Source: a virus
Taxonomy: Duplodnaviria; Heunggongvirae; Uroviricota; Caudoviricetes
DNA: 64,000 nucleotides
Strand: one strand, 5' to 3'
IMG/VR virus record: IMGVR_UViG_3300020156_000001
Coordinates: 32,001 to 96,000 of that record
Under the pieces are notes generated by a model. That model ran no database searches. It was not told where the DNA came from and worked only from the letters and a program-made list of their open reading frames with translations. Position numbers and translations under genes: made by a program. Positions within the stretch are counted from its first letter, which is position 1. The number at the start of each line of letters is the position of its first letter. Positions 57,083 through 64,000 of this stretch are shown piece after piece.

Positions 57083-57354
57083 TGTGTCATCAACCTCAAT
57101 CTCATCGCATCGGTGCGATTACGGAACTGTACGGCCCACATCCGAGTATTCCCGAAATTGAGGATCCGGTACGCATCTTCACCAAAAGTTTCTTTTAGCT
57201 CTCTAACAATTCTATCCGTGAACCTCATAAAAGCGTGGGGCTCGGTTTCCATATGTTCTGGACTGTTATACCAATCCGGATCAATGCGAACATCATAACG
57301 AAACGAGTGTGGGACTTGGCCTTCGTCGTACTCAATAAACTCGAGAAACTTCAT
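57076..57354 (-). CDS. FKL-motif family small protein
   Basis: VQFRNRTDAMRLRLM. Confidence 0.65.
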   Translation of the reverse strand: MKFLEFIEYDEGQVPHSFRYDVRIDPDWYNSPEHMETEPHAFMRFTDRIVRELKETFGEDAYRILNFGNTRMWAVQFRNRTDAMRLRLMTQC

Positions 57355-57608
57355 TCCAGCCTCAGTCGAAAAGCTATAGCATCGGATTGTTTTCTAAAAT
57401 AGAAATATACGCTGGATGAGGAATGATCCCACCTACAAACGTTTTCATCAGTAAAAGTTGCCAATGCCCAAGATTCAAGTTCCTTAAAATATTGTGCAAC
57501 CCTAACGATGTTTTCATCAGTGTACCAAAACGCTTCGTTCACATATAGTTTGACTATATGCGGGAAAAGAATCGCTGGGTTCATACTGTAAATGGCAATG
57601 CAATTCAT
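57351..57608 (-). CDS. FKL-motif family small protein
   Basis: FYFRKQSDAIAFRLRL. Confidence 0.65.
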   Translation of the reverse strand: MNCIAIYSMNPAILFPHIVKLYVNEAFWYTDENIVRVAQYFKELESWALATFTDENVCRWDHSSSSVYFYFRKQSDAIAFRLRLE

Positions 57609-57874
57609 GACACAATCAACTTGTACATCATGGCATCGGACTTGTTTGCAAACCGAACACAATTGCCGATAAAGCCGACTTGAGGATGAATATCCCAATC
57701 CCTACAACTGGAATCAAGCCACTCTCTACCCCTCGCGACTCGCTCTCTTATTTGTGCAAATAAATCACCAAGCTCATCAAAACCGATAGAGTCTGTGTCA
57801 ACCCCAACAGCAACAACATGAGGATAGCGGCCTAGCCAGGGGCGGGTAGAGCAAGTATATTTGATAGTGAGCAT
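57605..57874 (-). CDS. FKL-motif family small protein
   Basis: VRFANKSDAMMYKLIV. Confidence 0.65.
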   Translation of the reverse strand: MLTIKYTCSTRPWLGRYPHVVAVGVDTDSIGFDELGDLFAQIRERVARGREWLDSSCRDWDIHPQVGFIGNCVRFANKSDAMMYKLIVS

Positions 57875-57923
57875 GGCTAACTTGGACCTGTTTAGCCAAA
57901 TACTAACATAGGATCCAGCTGTG

Positions 57924-58214
57924 TCAACCAAACATCAGCTTCAAACGGAGCAGGTCGTACGAGTGACGGAGCTTGAACCCTTCGTAAAACAGATCATGCG
58001 AATCAAGCCTGATGAACCGATAGTTGGATTTGCCAATATTACGGTCAACCCAATCATACATTTCATCAACTTTATGTCTAAACGTTCTGCGTTCATCAAG
58101 CCATTGCAAGACTTTTATAGGATCGTAATGGTGTTCAAGCCTAGAGGGATACCACTTGACGTAATGGGGAAGAGTTTTTTGTCCGGTCGCACCGATTTCC
58201 CAACGCACACTCAT
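57924..58214 (-). CDS. FKL-motif family small protein
   Basis: FKLRHSYDLLRLKLMF. Confidence 0.65.
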   Translation of the reverse strand: MSVRWEIGATGQKTLPHYVKWYPSRLEHHYDPIKVLQWLDERRTFRHKVDEMYDWVDRNIGKSNYRFIRLDSHDLFYEGFKLRHSYDLLRLKLMFG

Positions 58215-58510
58215 TATGCCATAGCCAGTTTAAACTGCATGGCATCAGCTTTTGTTTTGAAATAAAACATAAGTGACATCGCATTAAATGATCGTGTTAT
58301 ACTCCACCGAGCCCGTTGCGGTCCAAAATTCGCATAAAGCCAATCCGTTGCAATGTTTTCATGACGTTTCATCTCTTTGTTGGAATCTAACACGGCTTCA
58401 CGTATTGCTTTGGGTGTTCTTTCAAGCCCACGAGTGTCCCAATGCGTGGTAACCATATATGGATAAGCTTTATTTGTGGGATGCTCTTCGTAAACAAAAA
58501 CAATAGCCAT
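58214..58510 (-). CDS. FKL-motif family small protein
   Basis: FYFKTKADAMQFKLAM. Confidence 0.7.
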   Translation of the reverse strand: MAIVFVYEEHPTNKAYPYMVTTHWDTRGLERTPKAIREAVLDSNKEMKRHENIATDWLYANFGPQRARWSITRSFNAMSLMFYFKTKADAMQFKLAMA

Positions 58511-58561
58511 ACTTACACCTTATAAGAGCTCAATCCTACGAATGATATTTTAGGAAGTCAA

Positions 58562-58825
58562 TTAGCAAGCCAGCTTTGCCAACAGTCTTGTGTTGGAATC
58601 TACAAACCAAAAGTCATACACATACATCTGATCACGATCGGTCATGAACACATAGAAATCATCCTCGGTGAGATTGGCTTGGCAATAGTTTCGCATCTTT
58701 AACACGCGCTGAAGATAAGCGTTGTCTTCACTTCTCTGCCAAGGTCCATCAAACACCATATAAGGAACAAATAAACGAAGCCCATACATTCCGTTTTCTT
58801 CGTTTTCGAGAAACTCGTTTTCCAT
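58562..58825 (-). CDS. FKL-motif family small protein
   Basis: FWFVDSNTRLLAKLAC. Confidence 0.55.
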   Translation of the reverse strand: MENEFLENEENGMYGLRLFVPYMVFDGPWQRSEDNAYLQRVLKMRNYCQANLTEDDFYVFMTDRDQMYVYDFWFVDSNTRLLAKLAC

Positions 58826-58874
58826 TTCAAACCTTTTTGGATATGGAAAAGCCGGCCCAAAAGCCGGCTTTTGT

Positions 58875-58951
<77 letters not shown>

Positions 58952-59018
58952 AACAAACGGAATTTGTTGTTCCGTTATGTTCTTATTTATAGCAGCGTAT
59001 AATCGCTACCGCAATATT

Positions 59019-59402
59019 TTAATTCAACAAGGCGTCGATTTTGTGAGCAATTTCGCCGCCGCTGGCAAGATCTTCTGCGTAAGACTTTGGATCATTAAAG
59101 ATCGCCATACGACCAAAGTCGATAGCACCGTTACCAAATCCATCAACATCGCAAACATCAACGTTGGTGTTTGGCTTGCCTGCGCTTTGGTCAAAGCCCC
59201 AAGTTTGGTTCAGTTGGATTAGAAACGTGTCTGTACCGCTCACACACTTGTAAGTGGTCTTGCGAAACTTGCTGGAGCTTCTGCCCGTACCCGTTTCAAT
59301 ACCCTGGAGAGAGATATCGATGCCAAGGATTTCAGCAAGCGTGGCGCCAACGCCAGCGTAAAAATCTTGCTCACCATGGGACTCAATTTCATCAATACGC
59401 AT
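59019..59402 (-). CDS. Hypothetical late protein
   Basis: Late promoter GTAAATA and AGGAG RBS; MRIDEI N-terminus. Confidence 0.6.
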   Translation of the reverse strand: MRIDEIESHGEQDFYAGVGATLAEILGIDISLQGIETGTGRSSSKFRKTTYKCVSGTDTFLIQLNQTWGFDQSAGKPNTNVDVCDVDGFGNGAIDFGRMAIFNDPKSYAEDLASGGEIAHKIDALLN

Positions 59403-59428
59403 TAGCTTTGTCTCCTGTTTCTTCCTAT

Positions 59429-59791
59429 TTACTTCCTAAGTTTAGCAAGGACAAGAAGCCTCCGGATTAAATCATCAATTCTTTGAAAATCCTCCTCAGT
59501 TTGTAGACTAAAGCAGGTAACTATCATATACGTGTCATTATGCGTGGCATAGCTAAATTCATCAGCAAGCGCCTTGCACACGGCTGAGTAGACAATGTAC
59601 TCGTCGTTTGTGACTTGGCGGTTGAACGATTGAGAGAATCCAACCTTCTCACGAATGATTCCAAATGCAACTGTACGAGCAATCACTTGCTTGCCGAGAA
59701 AGCTTTTGGTCTTTCGGAGAAAATAACCTGAATATTCCGGTCCAACATCAAATTCCACATCCGGATAAATCTTGTTGAAAATCTCAGCCAT
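59429..59791 (-). CDS. Hypothetical protein
   Basis: 120-aa coupled ORF. Confidence 0.55.
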   Translation of the reverse strand: MAEIFNKIYPDVEFDVGPEYSGYFLRKTKSFLGKQVIARTVAFGIIREKVGFSQSFNRQVTNDEYIVYSAVCKALADEFSYATHNDTYMIVTCFSLQTEEDFQRIDDLIRRLLVLAKLRK

Positions 59792-60092
59792 TCTCGGTTC
59801 CGTCGTAAACGCTTAGGATGTGATCAGCATACCTAAGCTTGAACGCAATAAACGTGGTATAGTTGTCAAAGCCAAAGAGGCTTGTGGTCTTAAAGTCGTG
59901 GACTGGAAGGAACCATGTGTTCCACACCGGCCGGTCTTCCATGCGGATCTTATTGCTGTAGTGGAAACGATGCGGGATCATCCAGTCGAAGAATTCCTTT
60001 ATCTCCGCAAGGGTTTTAAACCTACGAATGCAAACGACTATTTTAACGTCTTTAAGCGGCAGAAGGCCCGACATAGAAATGGTACTCCACAA
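59784..60092 (-). CDS. FKL-motif family small protein
   Basis: FGFDNYTTFIAFKLRY. Confidence 0.6.
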   Translation of the reverse strand: MWSTISMSGLLPLKDVKIVVCIRRFKTLAEIKEFFDWMIPHRFHYSNKIRMEDRPVWNTWFLPVHDFKTTSLFGFDNYTTFIAFKLRYADHILSVYDGTENG

Positions 60093-60342
60093 TCATCTCC
60101 GAAAAGCGTAACTTGAACATTACGGCTTCATCGTTGGTGCGGAAACCAATAACAGCTTGTGAATACTTTTTCAACACAGGCGAATCAGAAAACATGGACC
60201 AGTAGGCAAAGTCACGATTGTCAACTACCCATTCGTGAAATGGTTTGTACCATTCCGCCGGCATGGCAAATGCATCAATCACAAACAGATGCCTATATAT
60301 TTGGGGGTCTTGATACTGATTCGTCATCATATAGGGAACCAA
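60052..60342 (-). CDS. FKL-motif family small protein
   Basis: IGFRTNDEAVMFKLRF. Confidence 0.65.
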   Translation of the reverse strand: MVPYMMTNQYQDPQIYRHLFVIDAFAMPAEWYKPFHEWVVDNRDFAYWSMFSDSPVLKKYSQAVIGFRTNDEAVMFKLRFSEMIVEYHFYVGPSAA

Positions 60343-60347
60343 GTGTT

Positions 60348-60424
60348 TGGTGCGCCTTCCTGGACTTGAACCAGGGACCTTTCGCTTATCAAGCGAATGC
60401 TCTAACCAACTGAGCTAAAAGCGC
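60348..60424 (-). tRNA. tRNA-Ile(GAT)
   Basis: Cloverleaf GCGCTTT..TTGATAA..AAGGCGC-ACCA. Confidence 0.93.
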
Positions 60425-60458
60425 ATTAACCCTATACTAGCTGGGTTGTTCCTATAGT

Positions 60459-60812
60459 TCAACCTATTTTTAGAATATAAAGGCTTGTTGGAGCCGTTGT
60501 AAATCCACCGTACCGCAGCTTATGAGCGATTGCATCATTGCGATCGATAAACAGGATACGCGTCACAGATAGGAGATTACCTAGATGATGCGAGGATTCC
60601 CCCAAGTACCATTGGATCAAATCCTTATGCACGAGAACAACTGAGTCGAGTTGGTCAATGGCTTCTAGTTGATCCCTAATGTAGGTTTCATCCACAAATC
60701 CTGCTGCATCCTGTTCGGAGAAGGCAAAGTCCAAAAAGACCACATCGTAGGGAAGACCATACTGGCTCTTTGGCTCCAAATGAAAACTAAAGTCCTGATA
60801 CGACTTGATCAT
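60459..60812 (-). CDS. FKL-motif family small protein
   Basis: ILFIDRNDAIAHKLRY. Confidence 0.65.
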   Translation of the reverse strand: MIKSYQDFSFHLEPKSQYGLPYDVVFLDFAFSEQDAAGFVDETYIRDQLEAIDQLDSVVLVHKDLIQWYLGESSHHLGNLLSVTRILFIDRNDAIAHKLRYGGFTTAPTSLYILKIG

Positions 60813-61003
60813 TGCAGCCCCAGGATATCTTCTTCAACCGCATCGGGATGATTGTCTCGGAACAAGCCGGTCAAACAGTATGCGGAAACCAACTGATCGT
60901 CGGAGAACTTACGATAGTCCTCACGTATGTCATCACCAAAAAACTCAGCATCCGCTTGCAACTCAAATAGCTGCTGGATTACCACATACCGACTCAAAAA
61001 CAC
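60809..61003 (-). CDS. Small hypothetical protein
   Basis: Coupled ORF. Confidence 0.45.
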   Translation of the reverse strand: MFLSRYVVIQQLFELQADAEFFGDDIREDYRKFSDDQLVSAYCLTGLFRDNHPDAVEEDILGLQ

Positions 61004-61227
61004 TAGTCACGCTCCACATATTGACGCCGAGCAATAATTGTGTCCTCGGGCCTCGCAGACAAGCCTAAGCTGGTTGATTTGCCAAAGCAAGACCAAGTAT
61101 CCGTATAAATGAAGCCAGCGGAGATAATTTTGAACTGGTGACCAAAATCTGCATGTGTGATCGTTTCGGGAAAGATGATAATGCTATCGCAAAGTCCCGT
61201 ATCCACGCAGATGTATTTCTGTTTCAT
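61003..61227 (-). CDS. Small conserved phage hypothetical protein
   Basis: IIFPETITH..ISAGF..CFGKSTSL pattern. Confidence 0.6.
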   Translation of the reverse strand: MKQKYICVDTGLCDSIIIFPETITHADFGHQFKIISAGFIYTDTWSCFGKSTSLGLSARPEDTIIARRQYVERD

Positions 61228-61520
61228 TTTGTTCCCAACACCTTATATCGTTCTACAAAGAACTCGGTAATGCGCTTGCCCGATCGAGGAAAGCTCCAAC
61301 CCGTACGCGGAGATTCATTCCATCCTACCGAAGTTCCATCTTCGAGCAGCACCCAGTTGTAAACGTTGCGATACTTGAATGTCTGTTGTGGGAACGGCTT
61401 TGCAAGATCGCTAATCTCTAGCACGATCTTCTTGTCCGCGTAAGTATGAATTTGATTTTCAAATTCAACGATACCGTTGGAGCAGTGGGACTCAATCCAT
61501 TCACGTACCGTTTTACTCAT
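61224..61520 (-). CDS. Hypothetical protein
   Basis: AGGAGATCG RBS after an early promoter. Confidence 0.65.
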   Translation of the reverse strand: MSKTVREWIESHCSNGIVEFENQIHTYADKKIVLEISDLAKPFPQQTFKYRNVYNWVLLEDGTSVGWNESPRTGWSFPRSGKRITEFFVERYKVLGTK

Positions 61521-61587
61521 CTTCGATCTCCTGTTTATAGCTCAATTTAGCATGGAACCCATGGCTGTCAACCACAGGTTCCTATGT

Positions 61588-61857
61588 TTAGAAACGCAGC
61601 TTTAACAGGAGCAAATCATTCCTATCAGCTAAATGGATGGCAATAGCTGGTTGCTTTACATAAACGTCAACCCGCGCATCACCTTTGAGATCCTCTTTAA
61701 GCTCATTAGCAAAACTTTTTATGTCTTCAATTTCTTGAGCTTCAAGAAAATACTTGTAGCGCCATTCGATCTTCCACAAGTATGGGTACTTGTCCAAATG
61801 GGGTTGCGTATACGTGTAGGTGTAGGTGCGCCAATCCGTGTTGAGATTAATCATCAT
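61588..61857 (-). CDS. FKL-motif family small protein
   Basis: IHLADRNDLLLLKLRF. Confidence 0.65.
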   Translation of the reverse strand: MMINLNTDWRTYTYTYTQPHLDKYPYLWKIEWRYKYFLEAQEIEDIKSFANELKEDLKGDARVDVYVKQPAIAIHLADRNDLLLLKLRF

Positions 61858-62443
61858 CACCCCAACGATCTTCGCGAGGGCCGCCATCATACCAGTGGTG
61901 CGCCGCCATGTACTTGAGCATTTCAACTGTGTCGGTAAAACGCGCCTCATACTGTGTGGGCTTTACGTACTTAAAGGTGTATGAGCGACTGTCGTAGACA
62001 ACCCATTCATCACCAATACGTTCGACCAGCCAGTGACCTCGTTCCGAGAGATCGTGGCGGAAAACTTCAATCACCTTGTACTTGGCGTGTTGAAGCCACT
62101 TGTCGATAAAGTCGATGAGATCCTGCTGAGGTTCAGCCTTGTAACGGAGCATTAGCTTCCAAGCTTGCTCGTTTGTTTTACGCCAATAGCCGCCAGCGTA
62201 ACCCTGCTTGGGCATCATTGCTTGCCATTGATTATATGCAGAAGTGTTTGCGAGAACGTAAGCGAAATCGTCCTTCTTGAGAACCGCAAGTGCATCCTGC
62301 AGTTTTTCGTGACGTTCGCCTTGACGCTGTAGCTTATCTTGAAGAGGCTTCAAAGCTTTGCGTGTGGCTTCCATTGCGGACTCGACCTTGTCGAGTTCGG
62401 CACGCAATTCAGCTTCGGTAAGTGCAGCTATAGCTTTGGGCAT
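61847..62443 (-). CDS. Hypothetical protein with N-terminal coiled coil
   Basis: AGGAGATCG RBS after an early promoter. Confidence 0.65.
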   Translation of the reverse strand: MPKAIAALTEAELRAELDKVESAMEATRKALKPLQDKLQRQGERHEKLQDALAVLKKDDFAYVLANTSAYNQWQAMMPKQGYAGGYWRKTNEQAWKLMLRYKAEPQQDLIDFIDKWLQHAKYKVIEVFRHDLSERGHWLVERIGDEWVVYDSRSYTFKYVKPTQYEARFTDTVEMLKYMAAHHWYDGGPREDRWGDDD

Positions 62444-62500
62444 CTTCGATCTCCTGTTTATGCTTGTTTCTAACATATTCAGGAAGTCTGTCAACCTGTT

Positions 62501-62791
62501 TTACCAACCCGGAGGACCCACTGGGGTCCATTCAATTGGTTTCCACATCAATTTGATCCGCATGGCATCGGCCTTTTTACGGAAGCCAATGTAACGGGCT
62601 CGGTCATCGACTAGATAATCTCCCGACATGGCTTGATCTTTTACCAACTGCACAAGCGCGCGGAACTCAGTGGGAACCATAGCCAGCTCATTAACATGCT
62701 CGGCATCAACTTCCAGCACATAAGGATAAGAGGCTTCGGGAAACCGAACGCTAAGATCCATGTAAAGAAGAACCATGCTTAGCTGGGACAT
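62501..62791 (-). CDS. FKL-motif family small protein
   Basis: IGFRKKADAMRIKLMW. Confidence 0.65.
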   Translation of the reverse strand: MSQLSMVLLYMDLSVRFPEASYPYVLEVDAEHVNELAMVPTEFRALVQLVKDQAMSGDYLVDDRARYIGFRKKADAMRIKLMWKPIEWTPVGPPGW

Positions 62792-62822
62792 AGTGGGTGC
62801 CGCGATTCGGGATAGGGAGGTT

Positions 62823-62912
62823 TGGAGGAAAGCTAGGTAGTCGAAACCTATCCCCTTACGAGGACCAACACCTTTCCAGGGTGTGTCTGCAACCCGTGCA
62901 GATTAACTTTCC
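62823..62912 (-). tRNA. Non-canonical tRNA (Sec-like fold) with GGA (Ser) anticodon
   Basis: 7-bp acceptor, 6-bp D stem, CTGGAAA loop, long variable arm, TTCGACT T-loop, U73-CCA. Confidence 0.8.
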
Positions 62913-62929
62913 ATAACGTGCGTACTTAT

Positions 62930-63166
62930 TTATACTTTGGTATCGTCGTTGTCAATTTGTTTTTGTTTGAAGCGGTGCATCCAATAGGAATGCCAAAGCG
63001 CATCGACAACCAACCAAAGGCCAAACGGCAACCACCAAATGGTGAGAGCCAGCATCTTACGGAACTTCCACCATTCGAAAGTTCCACGAAACCGCACCAT
63101 ACCTTGTGCCAGATAAACGGCCATACCCACATAGGCAACCGCTATCAGCGTTAATAGGAGAATCAT
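62930..63166 (-). CDS. Small membrane protein
   Basis: Two hydrophobic segments. Confidence 0.55.
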   Translation of the reverse strand: MILLLTLIAVAYVGMAVYLAQGMVRFRGTFEWWKFRKMLALTIWWLPFGLWLVVDALWHSYWMHRFKQKQIDNDDTKV

Positions 63167-63534
63167 TCGGCTTCCTTGTTAAGTCCGCGACGAACGCCGT
63201 CAATCCAGCCCTTAGAGACTTCAGGAACAGCGTCCTTAAGCTCTTTAATGTTGCGTTGCACGGATCCATCAACGCGCTCTATGAGCTTCTCTACGCGATC
63301 CGCGGCCGCCGGGAGTTGCTCCATAACGGCGTTGCTACGTTCTAGCAAAGCTGTTGCTTTGTCCAGCTTGATTGACACAACCGCAGCCACTGCGCCCATT
63401 GTAATGGAAAACGCGATAAGGCCGACCGCCAGCATTGCTTGTACGAACTGGCCTGGCGTTAGCGAAGTGCTTTGGGGCGTACGATGCTTTTCCTGCCCAC
63501 GGCGAATAAGTTCTTCAAGATCCGGAGGATTCAT
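63163..63534 (-). CDS. Membrane-anchored coiled-coil protein
   Basis: One TM followed by a coiled coil. Confidence 0.6.
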   Translation of the reverse strand: MNPPDLEELIRRGQEKHRTPQSTSLTPGQFVQAMLAVGLIAFSITMGAVAAVVSIKLDKATALLERSNAVMEQLPAAADRVEKLIERVDGSVQRNIKELKDAVPEVSKGWIDGVRRGLNKEAE

Positions 63535-63821
63535 TAGTGGAGAGCCTTGCTTGTTTGCGGTCCAAACACGTTGGCCGCATTGGTCGCATATGTGGTAACT
63601 TCATCATCGCCAACAATGTCCGAAAGCTGGTCGAGAAGATCTTCGGCTGTCATTTGGCTGCCGTCGAACATAACCACAAACTGGTCAGGACCCAACTGCT
63701 TCATAGCAAGATCCTTGGCCGAACCGCCCATCAGCGCGTTGATCGCATCAGTAACAGCGCGGAGTTCCGCTGGCATGTCATCTTCATCGTCACAGAGAAT
63801 TTCGGTGTTGGAAATGTTCAT
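63534..63821 (-). CDS. Acidic hypothetical protein
   Basis: GAGG RBS; 95 aa. Confidence 0.55.
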   Translation of the reverse strand: MNISNTEILCDDEDDMPAELRAVTDAINALMGGSAKDLAMKQLGPDQFVVMFDGSQMTAEDLLDQLSDIVGDDEVTTYATNAANVFGPQTSKALH

Positions 63822-64000
63822 GCTACCTCGCTTTGGAATTCAATGCTGTTGAACTCATAATCCAAGAGATCATAGAGTTCCATCGGAAAGTCAACAGTGG
63901 TCAATTTGGTGCTGCGCTCAAAATAGTTGATCACAAGCGTTGCACACTTTTCAGCCTGCTGAAAATGCTTGATCACATCCTTGTGAGCTTTGGCGGCTTC

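Noticed and set aside
62823-62912. True tRNA-Sec (selC)
   Set aside because: The anticodon is GGA rather than TCA, and the acceptor/T fold is 7/5 rather than 8/5.

Overview
This window looks like a segment of a large lytic (jumbo-type) dsDNA phage genome. The host is probably an alphaproteobacterium (Rhizobiales-like), inferred from the flavour of the ornithine decarboxylase, NAD kinase, SLT and M15A genes. Bases 1-12.2 kb (+ strand) encode two virion/tail-fibre-type proteins: a LamG protein and a ~3170-aa FG-GAP propeller/Gly-rich protein. The remaining ~52 kb is a dense - strand accessory region driven by many sigma70-like and T4-late-like promoters. It carries ClpP, NAD kinase, ODC, Pth2, an SF2 helicase, an endolysin, a 2H phosphoesterase, Srd-like and SprT-like genes and five canonical tRNAs. 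Four things stand out. (1) About 38 highly diverged small paralogues share a C-terminal F-x4-DAMxFKLx(F/W) motif. (2) There are three circularly permuted tRNA-like YrlA (Y) RNAs, two of which keep an internal acceptor-NCCA with Ala- or Gly-like identity; two of the three bracket an array of three promoter-sRNA-terminator cassettes. (3) A ~1-kb ncRNA rich in GNRA tetraloops resembles GOLLD. (4) A tRNA with a Sec-like fold has a GGA anticodon and U73. No database searches were run; all product calls rest on motif recognition.
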